A stretch of DNA of 64,000 nt from Octopus sinensis (GCF_006345805.1 NC_043005.1:17980001-18044000), one strand, 5' to 3'. Shown: positions 27,039 through 39,551, numbered from the stretch's first letter. Notes: generated from the sequence alone by a model not told the origin. Translations and numbers: made by a program.

Positions 27039-27200
27039 TAAGACAACAAAAGAAAGAAAGGGACCTCGATATTATGTAACTAGAGGAATTTACATATCCG
27101 ATGGCCGGATATCTGAAGAGATGGTGGCGTGGATCCCACCTCGGCATCCGAAACTCGGAGTTTTTTTCATGGCTACCGAATAATGTTTCATATACATTAC
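27036..27200 (+). mobile_element. Long-stem hammerhead family copy (motif 27113-27162) preceded by an inverted copy of its own 3' flank
   Basis: CUGAAGA GAUG...CAUC C GAAAC UCGGAG UU; stem I is lost. 27036-27092 is the reverse complement of the flank seen at about 63685-63740. Confidence 0.7.
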
Positions 27201-27242
<42 letters not shown>

Positions 27243-27362
27243 AGGTGTGTGTTGTGTGTGTTGTGTGTATGTAGTTTGTGTGTCTGTGTTGCCTCCCCAA
27301 CATCGCTAGTGTGTTATTAGTCGGTACTACTGGGCGTATAATGTTAGTCTCTGAATAATCAT

Positions 27363-27955
27363 AGGCGCAGGAGTGGCTGTGTGGTAAGTATCTTGCTTAC
27401 CAGCCACATGGTTCCGGGTTCAGTCCCACTGCGTGGCACCTTGGGTAAGTATTTTCTACTATAGTCTCGGGCCGACTAAAGACTTGTGAGTGGATTTAGT
27501 AGTCAGAAACTAAAAGAAGCTCGTCGTATACTCTTTACTCTTTTACTTGTTTCAGTCATTTGACTGCGGCCATGCTGGAGCACCGCCTTTAGTCGAGCAA
27601 ATCGACCCCGGGACTTATTCTTTGTAAGCCCAGTACTTATTCTATCAGTCTCTTTTGCCGAACCGCTAAGTGACGGGAACGTAAACACACCAGCATCGGT
27701 TGTCAAGCAATGTTAGGGGGACAAACACACACACACAAACACGCACACATACACACACATACACACACATATATACGACAGGCTTCTTTCAGTTTCCATC
27801 TACCAAATCCACTCACAAGACATTGGTCGGCCCGGGGCTATAGCAGAAAACACTTGCCAAGATGCCACGCAGTAGGACTGAACCCGGAACTATGTGGTTG
27901 GTTAGCAAGCTATTACCACGACGGCCTTATATATGTATATATGTATATATATATG

Positions 27956-28022
<67 letters not shown>

Positions 28023-28260
28023 GGTGTGTGTGTGGTGTGTGTGTGTGTGTTTGTGTGTCTGTGTTTGTTCTCCCAACATCGCTTGACAACCGATGCTGGT
28101 GTGTTTACGTCCCAGTAACTTAGCGGTTCGGCAAAAGTGACCGATAGAATAAGTACTACGCTTCCAAAGAATAAGTCCTGGGGCCGATTTGCTCGACTAA
28201 AGGCGGTGCTCCAGCATAGCCGCAGTCAAATGACTGAAACAAGTAAACGAGTAAAAGAGT
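27363..28260. mobile_element. Nested SINE A: minus copy (27529-27919) inserted at the internal microsatellite of a plus copy
   Basis: Plus head 27363-27530, inverted copy, (TA)n tract, then plus body and tail 28060-28260. Confidence 0.8.
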
Positions 28261-29194
28261 AATACTTTTGTTAGAAGTGTAGAATCTGAATATACATTTC
28301 TCAACTATTCTTTTGAATTTAGAGTTGACTGCGTTCATAATTGAATTGAGAACAAATTATTGTTAACCGTGAAGATTACGTATGAAATGATAAGATATTA
28401 AGAGCTGTTGTAAAAGATGACGTGGTCATTGAAGTCAGTTGTCATTTGTTATGCCCCAGGAAAGATTTCTTTGAAATTTGCTAGAAATAATCTCGGCAAG
28501 TGTCGGCAGTTGGAAATAATCTCGCTTCTTTTGTCTTCGAAAGGATTTCGCCGATATATTATATATCTAATTACTTCTGGAACACCCATGAATCTTATCA
28601 TATATTATATTCATTAAGAGAAAAGAAACGTCCGCTACAATTACTTGCAAAAATATGTAAAAGCAAGCGATATTGTATCACTTATGTCGTGCATCTCCTG
28701 ACTCTCTTGCTTTGTCTTCTAAAATAACTGGCCAGACTGGAGTACATACTCTTTTGTTTCTTCTAAAAGAAACAAATACCTCTGAGTAAGAGCGTTTTTC
28801 TAGCCAACAACCACTTCAAGAGCTCAGAATGTCATGGCTGAACCGCGCTTAGGCTGCAAGCAATGAGCTGCATTTTGGGGCCAGAGGCTGGAGTAAACTT
28901 GAGCAACTTCAGGGCAATAAATCAATTGACATTTACCTGAATGCGATCTAAGACGTCCGTACGTTTGAAGCAGCATAGTTCAGGGTATAGGAGTAGTACA
29001 CCATCGTGAACATTATAGATGTTCATCATTATCATAATAAGGTGGTGTGAGATATAATTAATGGAATGCAGGGGGAAACGTCTTGCAGCATTGAGCTGCA
29101 TCTCTTTACGTTCTGAGTTCAAATTCTGACGTGGGAGATTTTATCATACATTCCACTCAAAAAAAAAAAAAGCAATTGCGAAGCCAATCAGCTA

Positions 29195-29620
29195 TGAATG
29201 CTCACCATAGCGCAGGGGTGGCTGTGTGGTAAGTAGCTTGCATACCAACCACATGGTTCCGGGTTCAGTCCTACTACGTGGCACCTTGGGTAAGTGTCTT
29301 CTACTGTAGCCTCGGGCCGACCAAAGCCTTGTGAGTGGATTTGGTAGACGGAAACTGAAAGAAACCCGTCGTATATATGTATATATACATGTATGTGTGT
29401 GTATATGTTTGTGTGTCTGTGTTTGTCCCCCACCAACATCGCTTGAAAACCGATGGTGGTGTGTTTACGTCTCCCGTAACTTAGCGGCTTGGCAAAAGTG
29501 ACCGACAGAATAAGTACTAGGCTTACAAAGAATAAGTCTTGGGGTCGATTTGCTCGACTAAAAGTGGTACTCCAGCATGGCCTAGTCAAATGACTGAAAC
29601 AAGTAAAAGAGTAAAAGGCA
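29195..29620 (+). mobile_element. SINE family A, full length
   Basis: Matches 83-479. Confidence 0.85.
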
Positions 29621-29677
29621 GAGTGAGTAAAGTGTATAGCAGGTTCGAGGACTAGAATAAACATAAGAAATAAATCA

Positions 29678-29715
<38 letters not shown>

Positions 29716-29721
29716 CGCAAT

Positions 29722-30160
29722 TCAAAGCGACGAGCTGGCATCATCGTTAGCACACGTAGCACCGTTTCGTCCGTCTTCATGTTCTGAGTTCAAATTCTGC
29801 TGAGGTTGACTTTGCCTTTCATCCTTTCGGGGTCGATAACTTAAATACCAGTTGAGTACTGGGGTCAATGTAATCTGTTTCTTTATTACCCACAAGGGGC
29901 TAAACATAGAGGGGACAAATAATTACAGACAAACGGATTAAGTCAATTACATCGACCCCAGTGCGTAACTGGTACTTAATTTATCGACCCCGAATGGATG
30001 AAAGGCAAAGTCGACCTCGGCGGAATTTGAACTCAGAACGCAGCGGCGGACGAAATACCACAAAGCATTTCGCCCGGCATGCTAACGGTTCTGCCAGCTC
30101 TGGGGTCAATGTAATCGATTAGTCCCCTCCTCAAAGATTTCAGGCATTGCTCCTTTAGTA
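29722..30160. mobile_element. Nested SINE C: minus tail-type-1 copy (29876-30100) inside a plus tail-type-2 copy, with target-site duplication
   Basis: tggggtcaatgtaatc duplicated at 29860-29875 and 30101-30116. Confidence 0.88.
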
Positions 30161-30217
30161 GAAAGGATTATTATTAATAGTAATGGTTGAGCCAGTAGTA
30201 GTAGTAGTAGAGGTAGC

Positions 30218-30281
<64 letters not shown>

Positions 30282-30524
30282 ATAATAGCAGTAGTGGTGG
30301 CGAAAGTAGTAGTAATAATTTTGTTATGATCGTCGTAATTGTAGCAAAGCGTAGTAGTGACACTTGTAGAAGTAATAACATTAATGTTGGTAGCAGTAAC
30401 TGTTATGATAGTGATGGTAATAACTGTGTTAGTGTCGTGAGGGGTGGTACTAATTGCGGTGGCGGAGGATGGTGTACTAGTAAGAGAAGTATCATTGCCA
30501 TTAGTAGTAGTAGTAGTAGTAGTA

Positions 30525-30897
30525 GTGATAGGCAGACAATTTAGCTTTTTTTATTGTTACTCCAGGCTAACTTCCTGTTTTAGTTTATCAGAAAACTGAA
30601 CAAAACAAAAAGCCACCAGTTCAAACACTCGCATACACACATACAAACACATAAACATACACACACGCACACACAAACACACACACACACATACACACAC
30701 ACACACACACTTACATGCATGCACTCAAACACACACAAACATATACAGACATCCGTATGGAATATAAACAGATTAATCTACGAATGCATATACAATCACA
30801 GAATATAGATAGATAAATGCAATCACGGTATAAAGTGGGCAGCACTTAGAGTATAAAGAGACCAGCACACATTCACATCAACACATATTAACATATA
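30525..30897 (+). repeat. Copy 1 of a ~365-bp local duplication (copy 2 at 38641-39000)
   Basis: Near-identical from gtgataggcagacaatttagc to acatattaacatata except in the CA tract. Confidence 0.92.
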
Positions 30898-31747
30898 CCA
30901 CCGACAAGCATGCATCAACAAATCACTTAAATATCAGCTTACATACATACGAGCGTACTAACGCCAGTAATGTTTTTTACACAGGTTCACACATACACTC
31001 ACATTCAAAGCACACATACTAGCATAGACATATACAACAGCGCTCACACTTACATACATCAACTACCCATACACAAACAAATACGCACTAATATTAACCC
31101 AGTAATATCATAACACAAATAGACACACAATCATACTTAATACATACAAACTAGAATACATTTTTCCACGCACCCACCGTCACAAATCAGTTCACCAACT
31201 GCTCACGCACAAACAAATGCTCGCCAATATTAATTCAGTAATGCCTCGACACACACCTATACACGCTCTTATTTTCAATGCACTAGCATATATATCTACA
31301 TGCTCTGATAGTCTCACATGCATACACTCACACACCAACAAATCTTCACCACTATATGCATACTAACTGAACCACCAAGACAGAAACTCCATAAAAAATG
31401 GCATAAGACAGAATAAAACAACCACGGAGACACAGTAAGAGATACAATACATTGTAACACATCACCAATGCATGCAGCACACAACACACACCAACACAAT
31501 CACTAACACACCGACGATCTCGCATATCAACACATTAATAGACATTAACGCATACACCAAATCGACCAAACCGCTCCTCAACATAGCCACTAGCATACAC
31601 ATAGAAAAAATCCAATACATATATTAACACAGATTAGCGCACACCTGTTAAAATGTACACATATACACTGAGACATAATATTAGATATACCAAATATATC
31701 TACAAATGCGCGCACACACACACACACGCACACACACACACGCACAC

Positions 31748-31778
<31 letters not shown>

Positions 31779-32984
31779 AGATGTTAACACAAACGAACGC
31801 ACTCTATCATGCCCTATAGTACAAACCGACAAGTCCTCATGCGCACAAATAGACGCACATACGCAGATGATGATAGGGACAACGACGACGAGGATGGTGA
31901 CGTCGACGACGACGACGATGATGATGATGATGATGGTCTTCCATCAGTTTCGACGACGAACATTTCTGTTGTTCTATCACCTAAACCACGAACTCGTTAA
32001 ATGAGATTTATTTCACAGACAAGTTCAGAATCAATGGGACACAGTGTGTGACAATGTTGGATCATCTGTGTAGAGGTTCAATCCTTTCAATGGGCTTCAG
32101 ACCATTTTCCTTTTACGTATTTTCATTCACAATGTTTGAGCAGACCTGAAGCTATGGCAAAAGGCACTCGTCCATCTAAGATTCCACGCAGAGTGGTTGA
32201 ACGCATAACCTCTTAATTGCAAAGCGAGTCTTAACCGCGTGGCCACATGAACTCTTCACACATTCACAGAGACTAACATTATACGCCCAGTGGTACAGAC
32301 TAACAACACATGAATACTAAAACACAAATACACACACTTACGCGCACACATATACACACACGTATTAATACTTGTCAATAGACACTTGTCATTATCTTGC
32401 TATCAGAAAGTCGTTTGAGCAAATATTTGAAGTCAACAGTTTTATACAAACCAGTTGCTAATTTCGTGCTTTCAGCTTCCTTGTCAACTGGAGCTGTAGG
32501 AGTAAAGTGATAAATTGTGATCTATTATAACGTGACGTCTTTCGATATTTAGAGTGGACTATTGCTGGGAATTGAGTGGCAAAGACAGTGGATGGACGCA
32601 GGGGATGTAATGTGATAGGGGCTGTTGAGGGGAAGGGTGTGTAGTTTGGTATGGGATTTGGACTGAAAGCGGAAGTGTGACGGGGACAAAAGAGGGACAC
32701 GGAAAGTACTGTGGTACAGAGTGTGAATTGAGAGAGGACTGACTGTGGCATGGACTGTGGATAGACAGAGAGAATACTGTGGTATGGAGTGTGGAGTAAT
32801 AGAGGGAATTGTGTAGAATGGGCTGGGGATGGACAGGTGTCCAAAGTAGTAGGGTCTAATGAGGCACAGGTATGTAGTATGGTAGAGACTGTGAGGTGAC
32901 AGAAGTGTGGCGAAGACTAAGGGACAGCGTGGGTGCAGCATGGTGGAAACTTCAGATTTTCCATCACAGCCCATTCTTGTAGAC

Positions 32985-33407
32985 CCAGGTTCTCAATGTT
33001 GGCGGTACCGCCACCAAAGGGGCTCTGAGCATGTCGAAGGGATTAAGATTTAGGGGGTGGCGACGGGGTGGAGCAGCCAGTAAGGTGGGCGTGAAGGGGC
33101 AGTGAGGTGACATAAATGACATACTAAATTTTACCTATAGTGGTAATTATGTTATACATATATAATACATTAATTATACATGATAAAGCCAGTTAAGGTT
33201 ATTAAAATGAGATACAAGGAAGTCATTAACTTGCAACGTATAAAGTGAATTCACAACATTTGTCTTTATGAATTTTTTATCATTTCACTGTCAAAAGCTT
33301 AATCCAAGTTAAGTCAGCAAGTGGTCGTTCACTCACCACTTGTGTGGGCGTTAGGCTCAACAGCAACTTGAAAAAGAGCGCAGCAAAAAGAAAGAAAAGA
33401 ACCACCG
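32985..33407. mobile_element. Probable decayed hAT (Charlie-like) MITE
   Basis: Termini ccaggttctcaa / agaaccaccg resemble CAGTGGTTCTC TIRs; flanking 8-mers ttgtagac (32977-32984) and atgcagac (33408-33415) match at 6/8. It splits a continuous purine-rich tract. Confidence 0.5.
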
Positions 33408-34471
33408 ATGCAGACCAAAAGAATACGTGATAGGAAGTGGGGGTTGACAAAAGAATATAGGGCAACACGTACGGTATGGAGAAAGAACAAAAGGCACAGT
33501 GTGGTGTAAAGTGCGGAATAACAGAGAGAGAATGGTAGGAGGGATTGCAGAAGGGCAGGAAATGTAATGTAGCAGGGTCCGTGGAGGGACTAAGAGAATC
33601 GTATGGTCTGAAGTATGCAATGGCAAGCAGTAGGATGTTAAGGACAGCGAAATATTCAGGGTAATGTCAAGGCGACAAGGAGAGTAAAATGTGAAGGTTA
33701 AAGGAGTAGCAAAATGTTCAAAAATGAGAACGGTGGGTGCCAAGAAAAGTAGAGTATCGGTGGCGCATAACATGAAGCCTGTTGTGTTTAGATTCGTTAC
33801 CAAAGTTTCATGTATCCAATAGTGGTTTGAGCATAAGAAGTGTATGTAAAATATTCCATGTATTGGCAGAAAGGCTCATAAATGGCTCTTGAAGGTTAGA
33901 ATACAGGAATATCTTAAAGGTTAGAATAGAGGAATATTGTAATGGAATATCTTAATTTGCGAAGTTATCATTGACTCTCATATTATCTCGTGTAACAATT
34001 TTAAAATGATTATAAGATAATCAATAATATAGGCGATTTAAATAAGAATTTTGGGATCTTTTCACTTTGACCGGCAGGTTTTAAAAATAATTTCTTTGTA
34101 AACTAAACACTTTTAAACATCATATACTGGTAGAATGTGTTTATAAAACATCTTTTCTCTTGACTTTCTTGAGAAAATTCTGTAGTTTGTAAGCTATTTG
34201 TTGTTTAATTTCTTGCATTTCGGCAATTTCAACCAATCAATGATGTCTATTGAGGTGAATTCAATTTCTGCCGTAGTGTGTCAACAACATGAAAGTGGGC
34301 GATAAACATACAAATGAAATAAAAGCTCTTAGTTTGAGTTAAGTCTGGTTCTGTGTATATATCGATGAAAAGACATCTGATGACGATGTTTTGAACCATC
34401 TAAGAATCTAGAAAAAATCCACGATCTGAGAATGGAATAAGCGGAGCAAGAGCACACATGAAGACGGAAAG

Positions 34472-34516
34472 TGTCGCTGAAGAGGTCACAGATGTATGAC
34501 GAAAGATTTCCGGACA
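34472..34516 (+). ncRNA. Minimal type I hammerhead motif, same family as 22826-22865
   Basis: UGUCG CUGAAGA G GUCA cagaugua UGAC GAAA gauu UC CGGACA. The downstream flank (gaagaccgaatatacagtgcatgtgttt; atgaccatcctgaaatacaa) is homologous to 22900-22970. Confidence 0.65.
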
Positions 34517-34674
34517 ATGGACATTAGTTAGAATAAGAACAGTAATAAATGGGCGAAGACCGAATATACAGTGCATGTGTTTATATGGCTAAAAATAAAT
34601 GACCATCCTGAAATACAATATCTGATTCAACACACGGTTTCACATAAGGAACCTTGCAACACAAATTTATATCC

Positions 34675-35503
34675 TTTTCTACTCTAGGAACAGGGCCCGG
34701 AATTTTTTGAGGAGGGGGGGGGGTCAGTCGATTACATCAACCCTAGTATGCAACTGGTACTTAATTTATCGACCACGAAAGGCAAAGTCGACCTCGACGG
34801 AATTTGAACTCAGAACATAAAGACAGATGAAATACCGCTAAACATTTCGCCCGTCGTGCTAACGTTTCTTATTTCTTTATTGCCCACAAGGGGCTAAACA
34901 CAGAGAGGACAAACAAGGACAGACAAAGAGATTAAGTAGATTACATCGACCCCAGTGCGTAACTGGTAATTAATTTATCGACCCCGAAAGAATGAAAGGC
35001 AAAGTCGACCTCGGCGGAATTTGAACTCAGAGCGTAACGGCAGACGAAATACCGCTAAACATTTCGCCCGGCGTGCTAACGTTTCTTATTTCTTTATTGC
35101 TTACAAGGGGCTAAACACAGAGAGGACAAACAAGGACAGACAAAGAGATTAAGTCGATTATATCGAACCCAGTGCGTAACAGGTATTTAATTTATCGACC
35201 CCGAAAGGATGAAAGGCAAAGTCGACCTAGGCGGAATTTGAACTCAGAGCGTAACGGCAGACGAAATACCTATTTCTTTATTACCCACAAGGGGCTAAAC
35301 ACAGAGGGGACAAACAAGGACAGACATAGGTATTAAGTCGATTACATCGACTCCAGTGGGTAACTGGTATTTAATTTATCGACCCCGAAAGGATGAAACG
35401 CAAAGTCGACCTCGGCGGAATTTGAACTCAGAGCGTAACGGCAGACGAAATACCGCTAAGCACTTCGTCCAGCGTGCTAACGTTTCTGCCAGCTTGCTGC
35501 CTT
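34675..35503 (-). mobile_element. Head-to-tail array of four SINE C units
   Basis: Units 35272-35503, 35088-35271, 34871-35087 (tail type 1) and 34675-34870 (tail type 2). Confidence 0.9.
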
Positions 35504-35525
35504 AACGTATAAATGTGTATATATT

Positions 35526-35622
35526 AGTTGAATAAAGTTATAACATGGTCTGGTTTTCACATTTTTTATTATGGTGTGTTAAAAAACGTGAACACCAGAC
35601 CATGTTTTAACTTTATTCAACT
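35526..35622. repeat. 42-bp-stem hairpin with 13-nt loop
   Basis: Arms 35526-35567 and 35581-35622, 3 mismatches. Confidence 0.9.
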
Positions 35623-36587
35623 GATATATTATTCTATACACATCTACACAAATTCGGAATATATATATATATATACTGGGCATTGAGCGATAGTGTGCAT
35701 TTACTATTAATGATGTTAAATCACTTTACACTGACACTTGTCGTTCTATCTTGATAGATTCGTGACTTATTTAATTCCAAAAATCGATGCTGTTGTAAAT
35801 ATTCTTATACTCTGAGGCAAATTCCCTGTACACAGCTTTGTCTTTGAGAGTTTATTCATCTGCATTTAAATTCGCCTATGATGACAGAGAGTGCACACAA
35901 TTAAAAGTATAAATAAATTATTGTTTCTCATTCTTTAAAAAGCTTTTGACAGAACCATTTCAACACTACTGAAATATCTGACGTATAAATACATTATTAA
36001 TTATTTGATTAACGGCATCTTTTTCCAGTAAAAATATCCTACTTTATGGGGGATAACACTGGGGGATAATAGTGCGCTTGTAGTATGCAGAAGAAGGCAA
36101 AGAAGATTGAGTATTTGAGAAAATGCCGTACGGAAGATCAAATCCACTGTAAACCTTTTATTTTTTTGCAGAGAAAATAAAATAAAGGAAAATAAATATA
36201 CCACGTTTCTTCTACGGTTTAGAAATCCTAGCAAACATACCAACAAAAGCATTATAAAGATGTTTTCTTTTCTTCTTCAGAGAAAATAAAATAAATTATA
36301 AATATAAACAACTCTATTTTATATGCTAGAAGTCATAGCAAATAGGAACCAGATCCTTTTCAGAATGTTTCCTTGGAATAAGCAAATTTCGAATTTTGAG
36401 GTGTTCAAATGCTTCATAACACTAAACAAGAATTTTTTAGCGAGTCTTAAAAGTGATGGGGCATATGATGCATTGGTACTAGTTTCTTGTTTCTCTGGAA
36501 GGTTTCCCATCAATGAGAAGCTGTTAGCCCTTAGCGAATGCGGAACAGTGAGTTTCCTCACGACTCACTCAAACGGTGATATACTTT

Positions 36588-36990
36588 TTACTCTTTTACT
36601 CTTTTACTTGTTTCAGTCATTTGACTGCGGCCATGCTGGAGCACCGCCTTTAATCGAGCAACTCGACCCCGGGACTTATTCTTTTGTAAGCCCAGTACTT
36701 ATTCTATCGGTCTCTTTTGCCGAACCGCTAGGTAACGGGTACATAAACACACCAGCATCGGTTGTCAAGCAATGCTAGGGGGACAAACACACACACGCAT
36801 GCATATATATATATACATATATACGACGGGCTTCATTCAGTTTCCGTCTACCAAATCCACTCACATGGCTTTGGTCGGCCCGAGGCTATAGTAGAAGACA
36901 CTTGCCCAACGTGCCACACAGTGGGACTGAACCTGGAACCATGTGGTTGGTTAGCAAGCTACTTACCACACAGCCACTCCTGCGCCTATG
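36588..36990 (-). mobile_element. SINE family A, full length
   Basis: Reverse complement of the 83-479 family. Confidence 0.88.
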
Positions 36991-37699
36991 TGTAGATATA
37001 TGTAAACCTGTACAGTAGTCACGCAAATATGTCAAACTTACCTATTTCTTCGAAAACTGATAAAAGTGTTAAACAGCCTTAAGCGTTTTTCGACCATTGC
37101 CGAGAGTTCTCGTCAGAAGAAACAGCATCATTTGACCCAAAGTCGGAGAAGTTTATATACATGTCAAATATAATAGCTTCAGAAAACTAGCGCTACTATA
37201 TTTGCATTCTATAAGTTATTAGCGCCTTATTTGATACATATTTTAAATGACAGACGAAATGTCTACATCGCTTGATAGACTTCTCTCACGTCCCACCTAA
37301 CTTATATTCTCTTACAGAAAACACGCACAAGTTATTCTTTTAAAGCTTCAAACTAAATACAGTAATCTTGTGACTATCGTGGGTGTTAGGTTCCAAAACC
37401 TCCCACAGGAATAATTAAAAATCTAAAAAAATCTAAATACTTATCGGTTGCAGAAACCCGTGATATACTGAGGAGTCCCGATATAAATTTACATACATTA
37501 GCCAGAAAAAAATCCGCGATGTACTGAGTGCGGGACAGGTGAACCGTAATATGGCGAGGGATTACTGTAAGTTCTTATCGTAATAAAAAAAAAAAAGATT
37601 GGAAGACGGGAACCGACAAATGCTATCGGTAGGTGTACAACTGGCCAAAGACCAAGTTAACATCGATAACACATTGTTAATAATAATCATAATTCTTGA

Positions 37700-38280
37700 C
37701 GGTGGTGAGCTGGAAGAAATGTTAGCGGGCCAGGCAAAATGCTTAGCGGTATTTCGTCTGCCGTTAAGTTCTGAGTTCAAATTCCGCCGAGATCGACTGT
37801 GCCTTTCATCCTTTCGGGGTCAATAAATTAAGTACCAGTTACGCACTGGGGTCGATATAATCGACTTAATCCGTTTGTCTGTCCTTGTTTGTCCCCTCTG
37901 TGTTTAGCCCCTTGTGGGTAGTAAAGAAATAGGTATTTCGTCTACTGTTACGTTTTGAGTTCAAATTCCGCCGAGGTCGACTTTTCCTTTCATCCTTTCG
38001 GGGTCGATAAATTAAGTACCAGTTACGCACTGGGTCGATATGATCGACTTAATCCGTTTGTCTACCTTGTTTCTCCCCTCTGTGTTTATCCCCTTGTGGG
38101 TAGTAAAGAAATAGGTATTTCGTCTGTCTTTACGTTCTGAGTTCAAATTCCGCCGAGGTCGACTTTGCCTTTCATCCTTTCGTGGTCGATAAATTAAGTA
38201 CCAGTTGCATACTGGGGTCGATCTAATCGACTTAACCCTTACCAGAAATTGCTGTCCTTGTGCCAAAACTTGAAGCCAGT
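37700..38280 (+). mobile_element. Head-to-tail array of three SINE C units
   Basis: Units 37700-37930, 37931-38112 (tail type 1) and 38113-38280 (tail type 2); both junctions read aaagaaat|aggtatttcgtc. Confidence 0.9.
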
Positions 38281-38640
38281 AATTATGATACTTTACGATT
38301 TTAGCACAAGGCCAGCAATTTTGAGAAGAGCAGGGTAAGTTGATTTAATCGACACCAAGTCGACTGGTACTTATTTTATCAACCCCGAAATGATGGAAGC
38401 CAAAATTGACCTCAGCTTGATTGGAGCTCAGAAGAAATACCGCTAAGCATTTCGTCTAGGACTGAATCATCTGATCTCCTTACTTTTCAGAAGAGTGTGA
38501 GATGTGGGAGATTTGGTTACTATTTCTTCAAAAATAAACGACCAATTCAGGCTTCCCTCACTAACTTACCGTGAGTAGTAGTATTAGTATTAGTATTAGT
38601 ATTAGTATTATTATTATTATTATTATTAGTAGTAGTAGTA

Positions 38641-39000
38641 GTGATAGGCAGACAATTTAGCTTTTTTTATTGTTACTCCAGGCTAACTTCCTGTTTTAGT
38701 TTATCAGAAAACTACACAAAACAAAAAGCCACCAGTTCAAACACTCGCATATACACACATACAAACACATAAGCATACACACACGCACACACAAACACAC
38801 AGACACACACACTTTGCATGCATGCACACAAACACACACAAACATATACAGACATCCGTATGGAATATAAACAGATTAATCTACGAATGCATATACAATC
38901 ACAGAATATAGATAGATAAATGCAATCACGGTATAAAGTGGGCAGCACTTAGAGTATAAAGAGACCAGCACACATTCACATCAACACATATTAACATATA
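38641..39000 (+). repeat. Copy 2 of the 30525-30897 duplication
   Basis: Direct comparison; flanked on both sides by (AGT)n-type tracts. Confidence 0.92.
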
Positions 39001-39002
39001 GC

Positions 39003-39040
<38 letters not shown>

Positions 39041-39071
39041 CAGTAGTAGTAGTAATAGTAGTAGTAGTAAT

Positions 39072-39103
<32 letters not shown>

Positions 39104-39252
39104 CGTAGTAGTAGTAGTAATAGTAGCAGTAGTAGTAGTAATAGTAGTAGTAGTAATAGTAGTAGTAGTAGTAGTAGTAATAGTAGTAGTAGTAATAGTA
39201 GTAGTAGTAGTAGTAGTAGTAGCAGTAGTAGTAGTAATAGTAGTAGTAGTAA

Positions 39253-39284
<32 letters not shown>

Positions 39285-39425
39285 ATAGTAGTAGTAGTAA
39301 TAGTAGTAGTAGTAGTAGTAGTAGTAGCAGTTGTAGTAGTAATAGTAGTAGTAGTAATAGTAGTAGTAGTAGTAGTAGTAATAGTAGTAGTAGTAGTAGT
39401 AGTAGTAATAGTAGCAGTAGTAGTG
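39001..39425. repeat. Long interrupted (TAG)n microsatellite
   Basis: Read directly. Confidence 0.95.
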
Positions 39426-39551
39426 GCTGATAGGGTTACTATGTTTGATGTAATAGTTGTTAATGCGTTTGAGGTTGTTGTTAAAACTCAAGTCCACATC
39501 AGCGAAAAATGATCAGACCTCGGATCAAAATATTTCTATCCCCGACCATCG

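Noticed and set aside
27918-27928. Possible micro-inversion (acgacggcctt) at the nested SINE A junction
   Set aside because: Equally explained as decay of the SINE head continuation accacacagcc.
32450-33900. Stop-poor minus-strand ORFs (32458-32844, 32549-32974, 33357-33803)
   Set aside because: They come from a purine-rich low-complexity tract split by a probable hAT MITE; no recognisable domain.
34675-35503. Regularly spaced repeats (also 37700-38280 and 59460-59810) as possible CRISPR arrays
   Set aside because: Units are 100-230 bp and repeat along their whole length, with no unique spacers and no cas genes; eukaryotic context.
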